From Candidatus Omnitrophota bacterium (GTDB lineage: Bacteria; Omnitrophota; Gorgyraeia; B26-G9), in assembly GCA_043826565.1 (NCBI GenBank), contig JBDRPX010000028.1, forward strand, positions 16,607 to 80,606: DNA of 64,000 nucleotides, given 5' to 3'. Below the pieces are notes generated by a model. That model ran no database searches and had not been told where the DNA came from. It worked only from the letters and a program-made list of their open reading frames with translations. The position numbers were made by a program, and so were the translations under genes. Shown piece after piece: positions 10,664-19,737 of the stretch (the first letter of the stretch is position 1; every line of letters starts with the position of its first letter).

Positions 10664-11788
10664 ATGCGTAGAATAATTTTTTTACCATTAATAGTAATGA
10701 TTGTAAGCGGCTGTGCCGCAAGACAGATGACTGTAAAAGAAGACCTTTATCCTGAACAAAGGTTTACGATATCTAATGTCTCGGCCAAGCCAAAGACTAT
10801 TAACAATACAAAAAGTCAGCGAGTAAAAATAGAATATTCGCTTTCGCAAGACGCGGAGGTTTCTGTTGATATATATGACAGTGATGACCGGTGGATAAAC
10901 TCAATTAAAAAAGACGTGACGGAAAAAGCCGGTAAAAATTTAGTAAAATGGGATGGTAAAGATAGTAATGAAGAACTTGTGCCTAGCGGCGCGTATATTT
11001 ATGTGATCAAAGCCAAGGATAATGCTGGTAAAAAAACAAAGTACGATCCTGCGGACATTAGTAAAGGCATCGGATTAAGTGAGCGGGAACTTATCTATAA
11101 TAAGGAAAAGAATAAAGTGCGATATATTCTTCCCCGGGCGGCAAGGGTTCTGATTCGCGCGGGTATTAAAGAAGGCCCGCTTCTAAAAACATTGGCAGAT
11201 TGGGAGCCGCGGGAAGCGGGTAAAAATTCCGAGGGTTGGGATGGCCAGGACAATGCCGGGAATTTAATAACTCAACATCCTGATTTTACTTTGTTTCTTT
11301 CCGCGTATTCTTTGCCGGATAACAGTATTATTGTAAAAAACAATAATAAAGGATTTGAATATGAATGTGCTTTTGAATTAAAAACAGAGCAGCCCCGGAG
11401 AGTCCCGCGGAATGTTACCGGAATAATCTTGCATCCTAGTGCAAAGCAAAGCTGCCGAAAAACCCGAGTGCCGCGTTTTAGTATTGAATTCCCAGAAGCA
11501 GACCATGATGAAAAAAGTGTTCCGGTTATTGCTGGTCCTACGACAATTAGGCTTAGTTGTGATGAACAGGATAAGCATCTGCTGGTTGAATCCCGTTTTG
11601 AAATCATTTGCTATATTGATAATATATTTTATTTTGAAGAGGAACAGGGTTTTACACCGTTTAATTACCGCTGGGATCCTCAGGGAATGACAGCTGGAGA
11701 ACATATTGTAACGTTTAATCTGCAAAGTTATACCGGAGCTGTGGGTACTAAAAGTTTAAAGGTTAGAATAAAAGGAAGAAAACAATAA
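10664..11788 (+). CDS. Lipoprotein with FlgD-Ig-like domains
   Basis: Lipobox IVMIVSGC|A. 'VKWDGKDSNEELVPSGAYIYVIKA' and 'EGWDGQDNAGNL' motifs matching the FlgD-Ig-like units of the adhesin. Confidence 0.7.
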   Translation: MRRIIFLPLIVMIVSGCAARQMTVKEDLYPEQRFTISNVSAKPKTINNTKSQRVKIEYSLSQDAEVSVDIYDSDDRWINSIKKDVTEKAGKNLVKWDGKDSNEELVPSGAYIYVIKAKDNAGKKTKYDPADISKGIGLSERELIYNKEKNKVRYILPRAARVLIRAGIKEGPLLKTLADWEPREAGKNSEGWDGQDNAGNLITQHPDFTLFLSAYSLPDNSIIVKNNNKGFEYECAFELKTEQPRRVPRNVTGIILHPSAKQSCRKTRVPRFSIEFPEADHDEKSVPVIAGPTTIRLSCDEQDKHLLVESRFEIICYIDNIFYFEEEQGFTPFNYRWDPQGMTAGEHIVTFNLQSYTGAVGTKSLKVRIKGRKQ

Positions 11789-14700
11789 TGAGAATTTACG
11801 CGAAAAAATTTAAAATACTATCCTTATTTATTATTATATGTTTTTTGTTTAATACTACAGTGGCTCCCTACGCGTATGCTTCACATTTAGGAGCTTGGGA
11901 TGATCATATCGGAATTCCCGGGCCGGATGTTCCTCCGCCCTATAATCCGGATAATCCGGATAATCCGGATGCGCCGCCATGCAATCCTTCGCCGCCGCCG
12001 CCGCCGGACATGTGTCCAAATCCGGAATCTCCGCCGGATCCCGGAGATGAGGATAAGAGCGAATGTACCGGAGGAGAACCGGTGTCTTTATATGACGGCA
12101 GTTTTTATTACCGGCATACCGACCTGGAAATTCCGGGAAGGATGTCTCTTTCTCTAAAAAGAGCCTATGATACCCGAAGTACCTATAACGGAGTTTTCGG
12201 ATACGGCTGGTCATTTAACTTTCATACGCGTTTATTTAAGGTATCTGACGGCACATTACTGCTTAAGCGCGGAGATAATACCGAAGATACATTTACCTAT
12301 GACAATGTAACAGGTAATCATCTTAGCCCTTTGGGTAAATACGAAACAATCATTTCTAATTCAGATGGTACCTATGTTTTAAAAAGTAAATATGGGTCAA
12401 AGTATCATTTTGATATTAATGGAGTCCTGGTAAAGATGGAAAATACAAAGGGCAACCAGATATTCTTAAGTTATGACCCGGCAGGCAAACTGCCGATTAG
12501 CGGCATATCTCCCTATTCAAACATAACCAATTCGATTGTGATCGGATATGACTACCGCTTGATAAAGATAGAAGAAGCGCAGAATGATATTCCCAGCGGA
12601 AGGTTTATAGAATTTTTCTATAATAATGACGGACGAATTATAAAGGCTAAAGATTTTACGGACAGAGAAGTTATCTATACCTATGATCCCAGCGGGAACG
12701 GAGATCTGCTGTCTGTGCAGGATCCGGAAGGTAATCTTTATGAATATGTCTATGATGAACACCGGATTGCTGTATTTTCCGATACAGCCAGCTGCAGCGG
12801 ATGCGGGGGATTGGGCGGCGGAGTGCATATAAACACCTATGATGACCAAAAGCGGATAAGCCGGCAGGTACATGGGAATAATATTGTGGATATAGAATAC
12901 ATTGTTCCTTATGAAAAAACCAAAGTAACTACGAGTATCTATAATGACGAAACCGAAGAATTTTTGCATACCCGGTATGAATATTTTGAATTTGATGAAG
13001 ATGGCTATACAATTAAACAAACCCGGCAGATGGGTGATTTTCTTGATGAAGACGGCGGCACAGAAAACGATGATATTATAAAAGAGATGGTTTATAATAA
13101 CGCGAAGAAAGTCGAGTCAAAGACCTATGCGCAAGGGAATGCTGTAGATTATACCTATGATGATAAGGGCAATATCCTGACCAAGACAGTGACATTAGAA
13201 GACGGAACTATTGTAACTACGCGGTATACTTATGAACCTAATAACAGTAAAGCAATGTCCAAAGAGATTACTTCTACGGATACTTCACAAACATACCGCA
13301 AGGAATATACGCGTTATGCTGACGGCAGTATCCACGAAGAAAAGACAATATTAGATGATACAACTACTTATACAACAACCTACACTTATACAGCTCAGGG
13401 AGATATTGATACTATAATTGATCCCAGAGGCAATACAATTAAACATGAGTATAATGGATATGGTTATCTTACCCGTGTCTATGACCCGAATAATCCAAGT
13501 CATCAGACATTATATGGTTATAATGATGTGGGCAATCGCGTATCCATGACTGATGCAAATAATAATACTTCAACTTTTACTTATGATAAACTCAACCGGA
13601 TTACAAAGATCACGACGCCTAAAAATGAAGAAACAATATATACCTGGGAAGGCACAAACTTAATCCAGATTGAAACCGGAAAATTAGGGGCGCAGGAAGG
13701 CCGGATTACGCAAATAGAATATGATGATTTAAACCGGAAAACCGCGATAAAACAGAAAAACGACAGTGCTGTTTTTGTAACTATGGCGGCTTATACTTAT
13801 GACTCCGAAGGTAAAGTTTTAACCACTACCGACGCATTAGGACATACTACGGCAAATAGTTATGATGTGATGGGGAGGCTGATACAGGTTACAAGCCCCC
13901 TGTCGCAGGCCACAAGTTATGAATATGATAAAAATAGTAATCTTATCGCTGTAATTGATGCCAATAACAATACTACAGAATATGAATATGACAAAACCAG
14001 CCGGCTTAGTAAAGTAATTCAATATGAAGGTACTGCTCCCATAGAGACAAGCTATATTTATGATTTTCAGGGGAACATTAAAACTATTACTGACGCGGAA
14101 ACTCACACAACTACTAATATCTATGATAATCTGGGCAGGCTGATACAAGTCACAAGTCCCATGTCACAAGTCACAAGTTATGAATATGATGCTAACGGAA
14201 ATCTAACTAAGAAAACAGACGCGAAAAATCAGGTTATTGAATATGAATATAATGCCTATAATCAGCTAACGCATGTTTATTATGGGGGGAAAACATCACC
14301 AATAAAGACAGTAGCTTTTACTTATGATGATGTGGGCAACATGGAAACCTGGAGCGATGGGGCTTATTCAGCAACGTATATATATGATGAATTAAATAGA
14401 GTCCTTAATGTTGCTACACAATATCCATTGGGCACAAAGACTGTATCGTATACATATGACCGGTTCGGGAACAAAGCTACACTGATATATCCGGATGCGC
14501 TGGGTGCGGTGACGTATAGTTATGATGCGTTTAATAGGTTAGTGCAGGTCACAGGTCCCATGTCGCAAGTCACAGGTTATGAATACGACAACTCTGGGCG
14601 GCTTCTAAGTAAGACTTTGCCCAATGGAGTTTATACGGATTATGGGTATGATGATGCAAATAGGCTGACGAGCTTGGTGAATAAGAAAAGTGACGCGAGT

Positions 14701-16008
14701 GTGATTAGTTCATTTAGTTATACGCATGATGGGGTGGGTAACAGAGTACAGACTATAGACCATAGACCATCGACCATGGACTATACCTATGATGATGTGT
14801 ATAGGTTAAAGCAGGTGGATGAGGATACGGTAACCACAGAGACGTATAGTTATGATAATGTAGGGAATCGGGAGACAAGTGTAGCACATAGTGATTGGAT
14901 GTATGATTCGGAAAATAAATTGCAATCTTACAACGGAATAACGTATAATTATGATAACAACGGAAATCTTATTTCAAAAGACGATAATGGTTCTTTGACT
15001 ACGTATAGTTGGGATTATGAGAATAGGTTAACAGGTGTTATTAATGCATCGAATATCAGCTATAGTTATGATCCTTTTGGGAAGCGAATAAGTAAGACTG
15101 TTGATGGAGTAACAAAGTACTATTTATATGATTCAGAAGATATCATTGTTGAGTATGATGCTGGAGGTGTTGTGGTAGCGCATTATGTGCATGGACAGGG
15201 AATAGATGAGCCGATTTCGATGACTCGAAATTCCAATACTTACTATTACACTATGGATGGATTAGGGTCAGTAAGAGGTTTGACGGATAATATAGAAGCA
15301 GTAGTTGAAAGTTATGAATATGATTCTTTTGGCAATCTTAAATCACAGCCGGCAACTGGGAATCCTTATACATACACATCAAGAGAATATGATGCAGAAA
15401 CGGAGCTTTATTTTTACCGGGCACGGTATTATGATAGTAGTGTAGGGAGGTTTATCAGCGCGGATATTATTGGATTTTTTGGGGGTATTAATTTTTATAC
15501 ATATGTAGAAAACAATCCGATATTAAGATTGGATGTATTTGGTTTAGCATGGACAACGATTGACTTTATATATCATTTTTATCGGGGTGGGGGGACAACT
15601 GTTGATATATCTACTGTAGGATTGCTAGAAAGATATAAAATGGATTCTTCCGTTGGGGTAGTGCGTAGTTTTTCGGAAATGGAAGTCAAAATTAAAACTA
15701 GAAGTTTTTATCAAACACTAAATGGAGGTGAGTCTGGAGACTTTAAAGTTTCTGGGGCAGGCCTAGTATATGTTACTACGATTTATGTATTGGCGGGGGG
15801 GTATTTAAATTATAATGGGAACTGCGTGGCAGTTAAAGACAAAAATTGTGAATGTGTGACAACTGTTTGTGAAATGTCATATAATTTTAGAGATACTTTT
15901 ACAGATCCCTTAGATACTGGGAAAGATTATGGCGGGACTAAATATGATATTATTGGTTCTTGGAAGGATACCTATTCTTATAAATACTGTCCGAGGGGTG
16001 AGAAATGA
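11788..16008 (+). CDS. RHS/YD-repeat polymorphic toxin with an uncharacterised C-terminal toxin domain
   Basis: Signal peptide, then a Pro-rich stretch (PDNPDNPDAPPCNPSPPPPPD). Dozens of YD repeats (YxYDxxGNR/L..). RHS core end 'YYDSSVGRFISADIIGFFGGINFYTYVENNPILRLDVFGL' (a DPxGL-type variant). A ~150-aa C-terminal tail (nt ~15550-16005) with no recognisable motif. Start overlaps the preceding stop (TAATGA). Confidence 0.9.
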   Translation: MRIYAKKFKILSLFIIICFLFNTTVAPYAYASHLGAWDDHIGIPGPDVPPPYNPDNPDNPDAPPCNPSPPPPPDMCPNPESPPDPGDEDKSECTGGEPVSLYDGSFYYRHTDLEIPGRMSLSLKRAYDTRSTYNGVFGYGWSFNFHTRLFKVSDGTLLLKRGDNTEDTFTYDNVTGNHLSPLGKYETIISNSDGTYVLKSKYGSKYHFDINGVLVKMENTKGNQIFLSYDPAGKLPISGISPYSNITNSIVIGYDYRLIKIEEAQNDIPSGRFIEFFYNNDGRIIKAKDFTDREVIYTYDPSGNGDLLSVQDPEGNLYEYVYDEHRIAVFSDTASCSGCGGLGGGVHINTYDDQKRISRQVHGNNIVDIEYIVPYEKTKVTTSIYNDETEEFLHTRYEYFEFDEDGYTIKQTRQMGDFLDEDGGTENDDIIKEMVYNNAKKVESKTYAQGNAVDYTYDDKGNILTKTVTLEDGTIVTTRYTYEPNNSKAMSKEITSTDTSQTYRKEYTRYADGSIHEEKTILDDTTTYTTTYTYTAQGDIDTIIDPRGNTIKHEYNGYGYLTRVYDPNNPSHQTLYGYNDVGNRVSMTDANNNTSTFTYDKLNRITKITTPKNEETIYTWEGTNLIQIETGKLGAQEGRITQIEYDDLNRKTAIKQKNDSAVFVTMAAYTYDSEGKVLTTTDALGHTTANSYDVMGRLIQVTSPLSQATSYEYDKNSNLIAVIDANNNTTEYEYDKTSRLSKVIQYEGTAPIETSYIYDFQGNIKTITDAETHTTTNIYDNLGRLIQVTSPMSQVTSYEYDANGNLTKKTDAKNQVIEYEYNAYNQLTHVYYGGKTSPIKTVAFTYDDVGNMETWSDGAYSATYIYDELNRVLNVATQYPLGTKTVSYTYDRFGNKATLIYPDALGAVTYSYDAFNRLVQVTGPMSQVTGYEYDNSGRLLSKTLPNGVYTDYGYDDANRLTSLVNKKSDASVISSFSYTHDGVGNRVQTIDHRPSTMDYTYDDVYRLKQVDEDTVTTETYSYDNVGNRETSVAHSDWMYDSENKLQSYNGITYNYDNNGNLISKDDNGSLTTYSWDYENRLTGVINASNISYSYDPFGKRISKTVDGVTKYYLYDSEDIIVEYDAGGVVVAHYVHGQGIDEPISMTRNSNTYYYTMDGLGSVRGLTDNIEAVVESYEYDSFGNLKSQPATGNPYTYTSREYDAETELYFYRARYYDSSVGRFISADIIGFFGGINFYTYVENNPILRLDVFGLAWTTIDFIYHFYRGGGTTVDISTVGLLERYKMDSSVGVVRSFSEMEVKIKTRSFYQTLNGGESGDFKVSGAGLVYVTTIYVLAGGYLNYNGNCVAVKDKNCECVTTVCEMSYNFRDTFTDPLDTGKDYGGTKYDIIGSWKDTYSYKYCPRGEK

Positions 16009-16415
16009 TTAAAAAATTTTTTATTGAATTTTTGTATTTTATTTTTGGCTCAATAATTACTTCAACATTATTTGTTATTATGCATAATTATTTTGCTAAT
16101 TATAATAATATGCCATTTTTCATAATTCTGATATTTCGAATAATAGATATATTTATTATCGGTTTTCCTGCTTTTGTGATCGCATTCCTGTGTTATATAT
16201 TAAGGAAACAAAAAGACTTTATCGATTCAAGTTGGTTCTTGGTGGGGTGTTTGTGGGCAGCGGTTTTAATAACAATAAAAAATATGCCTAACTTTTCTGA
16301 AAGATCGTTGTATCTATACGGCAAATTAATGGTATATTTTTTGCCAATGGTATTCAGCTATTTGATTGTTTTCCTTTTAAATCTTATTAGAATTAAGATT
16401 TTGGAGAAAAATTAA
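16005..16415 (+). CDS. Small polytopic membrane protein; cognate immunity candidate for the RHS toxin
   Basis: ATGA overlap with the RHS stop. 136 aa with about 4 hydrophobic helices. Position typical of rhs immunity genes. Confidence 0.5.
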   Translation: MIKKFFIEFLYFIFGSIITSTLFVIMHNYFANYNNMPFFIILIFRIIDIFIIGFPAFVIAFLCYILRKQKDFIDSSWFLVGCLWAAVLITIKNMPNFSERSLYLYGKLMVYFLPMVFSYLIVFLLNLIRIKILEKN

Positions 16416-16466
16416 TGTCAGCTCTCCACCTTCCACTATAGGGTTATAATAAGGGGGCAGGGGATA

Positions 16467-16694
16467 ATGGTAAAAATTATTTTAGCTATAATATTAGTTT
16501 TATTTGGAATAATGATTATAATTAGGCATAATAAAGTTGCAAAAGTTTTAGAAGATTTCTATAAAAAATATCCTTTTATAAGGTACGCGTCTGATAAACA
16601 GTTTAAAATGCGTCCAATTTTTATTATAAGTGTAGGCGTTACGATTATATTTATCGGGATTATTGCGTTTGTGGACATTGTGAACTACCTATGA
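16467..16694 (+). CDS. Small membrane protein (2 TM), possible second immunity or orphan
   Basis: RBS AGGGGGCAGGGG upstream. 75 aa, two hydrophobic helices. Confidence 0.4.
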   Translation: MVKIILAIILVLFGIMIIIRHNKVAKVLEDFYKKYPFIRYASDKQFKMRPIFIISVGVTIIFIGIIAFVDIVNYL

Positions 16695-16716
16695 TTAATG
16701 GAATGTGAAATAGTAG

Positions 16717-17121
16717 ATGAAACTCTTAAAAACAATCCCAATTTTACTTATATTTTTTTGCCTTGCCAGTCAGTTAGCTTTTGCCCAGCCTGCTGAAGTT
16801 GTATTTGAACAATATAAGGAAGCGGTTGAGCAGGGGAATGATGGGTTATATGGATCTTTTGCAACACAGGCTTCTGTGCAAAAAGGATATCATAAACTTA
16901 GCGCTGGTCAACGAAAAGCGGTTTTATCCTGTATCAAAGATAATAGCTATGCGGTTGAGAATAGAACTGATAATGAAGCTATTATTACTTTTTCCGATAG
17001 CCGGAATGGAAAAGCTAATCCGTATATTTTTACCAAAGAAAACGGCGAGTGGAAAATAGATTTTGTGGAGATGAGTAAGCGGATTGTTTTTGATAAAAAT
17101 GATAAATGGAGATGGCGTTAA
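16717..17121 (+). CDS. Small secreted hypothetical protein
   Basis: Signal peptide MKLLKTIPILLIFFCLASQLAFA. 134 aa. Confidence 0.5.
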   Translation: MKLLKTIPILLIFFCLASQLAFAQPAEVVFEQYKEAVEQGNDGLYGSFATQASVQKGYHKLSAGQRKAVLSCIKDNSYAVENRTDNEAIITFSDSRNGKANPYIFTKENGEWKIDFVEMSKRIVFDKNDKWRWR

Positions 17122-17492
17122 AGAATTTCACCTTTAATTTCAATAGTAATGAATGAATTTTTTGTTTGTTCTAATTTTAAAAATAAATATTTACGGAATT
17201 TTCCTGGTTTTAGAGTGGTTGTGTTAAGCTGTAAGGTAAGTTTGAGAGATTCATTTGGATTGATTGTGTGTATCGTATTATCGTAAACAATAGTAATACA
17301 GTTGCAGGATGAGCGCACTTTTTTTAAGATAATAGTGTTGTCCTCATTATTTTTTATAGTGAGGACTTTTTTATAAACAACTTCATCTTGTTGAATTTCG
17401 CCAAAATTAATGTTTTTTGGTGTTATTTCAACAGCATAAGCTATGTTTGTTGTTAGTAATGTGAAACATATAAGTAAAGTTAGTTTTTCCAT
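17118..17492 (-). CDS. Secreted DUF1573-like (Ig-fold, CxC motif) protein
   Basis: Signal peptide. 'KKVRSSCNCITIV' CxC motif in a small beta-sandwich-like protein. RBS GGAGACC upstream on the minus strand. Confidence 0.55.
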   Translation of the reverse strand: MEKLTLLICFTLLTTNIAYAVEITPKNINFGEIQQDEVVYKKVLTIKNNEDNTIILKKVRSSCNCITIVYDNTIHTINPNESLKLTLQLNTTTLKPGKFRKYLFLKLEQTKNSFITIEIKGEIL

Positions 17493-17531
17493 TTGGTCTC
17501 CTTGTTATAATTATAAGGAATTACACAAGTT

Positions 17532-18701
17532 ATGCAATATATTTTTAGGTATAAGATTAAAAAATTTGTTCTTGGCATTTTGATATTGAGTTTATTACTT
17601 GTTGCTAAAGGGTATAGCACAGAACCTTTAAAAGTATATTTGTTTGCTTCTTCAACATGTGAAGAATGCCGCCAGTTAAAAGAAGCAGTTATCCCGGAAG
17701 TCTTGGCAAAGTATAAAGATAAGGTTATTTTCGAGCATATTGCGGTTGATAATAAAGAAATGTTTGAACTGCAGTTGCTTTATGAGGAAGAGTTTGAGGA
17801 TGATTCTGATTCTAGTGTGAAGCTGTTTGTGGGCACACAATGTTTAGCTGGAGTTAAAGCAATAAAGAATAATTTAGATAGGGTATTATCTGAGGAATTC
17901 GGGAAAGGAACTGATACCATATCTCCGGATCAGATCTTAGCAAAACGTAGTGAGGGTATGATTAAACAGCGTTTTTCTTCTTTTAGCCCGATTTTAGTAG
18001 CAAGTGCCGGTTTAATAGACGGGGTTAATCCTTGCGCTTTTGTGACCCTGGTATTTTTTATTTCTGTATTATCCTTACTTAAAAAATCCAAAAAAGAAAT
18101 ATTATTTGTGGGATTGGCTTTCTCAATTGTTGTGTTTTTGACATATCTATTGTTGGGAATCGGAGTATTGCATGCAGTGAAAATTATATCGGTGAATGCA
18201 GGTATCGCCAAAGGTATTACAGTATTAGTTGGTATTATTGCTTTGATCCTGGCTTTTTTTAGTTTTTTGGATTGTGCGCGTTATTATATCAGTAAAAAAT
18301 CTTCAGATATTAGTCTAAAACTGCCGAAGATGATACGCAATATAATTAATCGTTTAATCAGCTCAAAAATGAGAACAAGGAATATTGTGTTTGCGGCTAT
18401 TGGCTTGGGAGTTATGGTCTCTTTACTGGAGTCAATGTGTACAGGCCAGGTTTATTTACCGACAATTATGTATGTACTGCAGGATAAAACATTAAACCTT
18501 AAGGCAATATCTTATTTGATTTTGTATAATCTGATGTTTATTGTGCCGTTGCTTATTGTGTTTTTATTTGCTTATATCGGAATAAGTTCACAGAAGATTA
18601 CTGCATTATTTACCCGAAATATCGGAATGATTAAATTTTTAATGGGGTTATTGTTTTTAGTAATGGGAAGTGTTTTAATATATAAGAGTTATGTTTTTTA
18701 A
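17532..18701 (+). CDS. Thiol:disulfide interchange membrane protein (CcdA/DsbD-family TM domain) with an N-terminal thioredoxin-like CxxC domain
   Basis: N-terminal periplasmic segment with CEEC (CxxC). TM core with conserved Cys in 'GVNPCAF' and 'LESMCTGQ', as in the DsbD/CcdA family. Confidence 0.65.
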   Translation: MQYIFRYKIKKFVLGILILSLLLVAKGYSTEPLKVYLFASSTCEECRQLKEAVIPEVLAKYKDKVIFEHIAVDNKEMFELQLLYEEEFEDDSDSSVKLFVGTQCLAGVKAIKNNLDRVLSEEFGKGTDTISPDQILAKRSEGMIKQRFSSFSPILVASAGLIDGVNPCAFVTLVFFISVLSLLKKSKKEILFVGLAFSIVVFLTYLLLGIGVLHAVKIISVNAGIAKGITVLVGIIALILAFFSFLDCARYYISKKSSDISLKLPKMIRNIINRLISSKMRTRNIVFAAIGLGVMVSLLESMCTGQVYLPTIMYVLQDKTLNLKAISYLILYNLMFIVPLLIVFLFAYIGISSQKITALFTRNIGMIKFLMGLLFLVMGSVLIYKSYVF

Positions 18702-18714
18702 AGGAGGGGAGAGC

Positions 18715-19737
18715 ATGAGATATAGAAATATAATAACATTGTTTCTAGTAATTGGAATTATTCTAACATCAGCTTTATTGGTAAAAGCAGAAAAACAAAA
18801 AGAAGTTGTTTTATATACAGCTTTAGACCAGATTTTTTCTGAGCCGATAATTAAAGATTTTGAAAAACAAACCGGGATTAAAGTAAAAGTTGTCTATGAT
18901 ACAGAGGCAGCGAAAACCACCGGCCTGGTAAACCGTTTAATTGCCGAAAAAAACAATCCCAATGCGGATGTCTTCTGGAACAATGAAATTGCCCGAAGCA
19001 TTATCTTAAAGGACAAGGGGATATTAGGTGCTTATTTTTCAACTTCGGCAAAAGATATTCCGCCGCAGTTTAAGGATGCCGGAGGGTATTGGACCGGATT
19101 CGCGGCGCGCGCGCGGGTTTTAATCTATAATAAGAATATGCTTTCGGAAAGCAATATCCCGCAATCTATTTTTGATTTAACTAAAACGCAATGGAAAGGC
19201 CGTTTTGCTATGGCTAATCCATTATTCGGAACCACGGCTACGCATTGCGCGGCTTTATTTGTGAAACTGGGGGATGAAAAAGCCAAAGAATTTTTTACTT
19301 CTTTAAAAGAGAACGGAGTGGTCATGGTGCCGGGTAATTCCACTTCCCGGGACCGGGTAGTGGATGGTGAATTACCAGTTGGATTTACTGATACAGATGA
19401 TTCCTGGGTGGCGATGAGTGAAGGACAGCCGGTAGATATGGTGTACCCTGATGCTGATGGCTTGGGAACATTATTAATTCCCAATACAGTTTGCCTGATC
19501 AAAAATTGCCCGCATCCGGAAGAAGCAAAGCAATTGATTGATTTTATTTTAAGTAAAGAAGTAGAAGAAAAACTCGCTTATTCAGAAAGTATGCAGATAC
19601 CTTTGCGTAAAGACGTAAAAAAACCAAAACATGTACCGGATTATGATACACTTAAAGTTATGGAAGTTGATTTTGAAGCAGTAGCGCATAAACTGCCGGA
19701 ATCCGGTGAGTATTTAACCGAATTATTTTTACAGTGA
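18715..19737 (+). CDS. ABC transporter periplasmic substrate-binding protein, Fe(III)/thiamine-type family (FbpA/AfuA-like)
   Basis: RBS AAAGGAGGGGAGAGC then ATG. Signal peptide. Family resemblance to FbpA/AfuA (motifs VVLYTAL, VFWNNE, WTGFAARARVLIYNK). Confidence 0.75.
   Translation: MRYRNIITLFLVIGIILTSALLVKAEKQKEVVLYTALDQIFSEPIIKDFEKQTGIKVKVVYDTEAAKTTGLVNRLIAEKNNPNADVFWNNEIARSIILKDKGILGAYFSTSAKDIPPQFKDAGGYWTGFAARARVLIYNKNMLSESNIPQSIFDLTKTQWKGRFAMANPLFGTTATHCAALFVKLGDEKAKEFFTSLKENGVVMVPGNSTSRDRVVDGELPVGFTDTDDSWVAMSEGQPVDMVYPDADGLGTLLIPNTVCLIKNCPHPEEAKQLIDFILSKEVEEKLAYSESMQIPLRKDVKKPKHVPDYDTLKVMEVDFEAVAHKLPESGEYLTELFLQ

Noticed and set aside
12000-12015. GCCGCCGCCGCCGCCG trinucleotide run in the RHS gene as a possible variable microsatellite
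   Set aside because: It is only about 5 units, in-frame (PPPPP) within a Pro-rich linker. It is plausible but too short to claim as a contingency tract, and changes would stay in-frame.
11900-12157. ORF 11900..12157 (+) and 11855..12214 (-), Arg/Pro-rich ORFs overlapping the 5' end of the RHS gene
   Set aside because: They are alternative-frame readings of the GC-rich Pro-codon tract (CCG GAT AAT CCG...) that encodes the RHS Pro-rich linker. They have no independent support.
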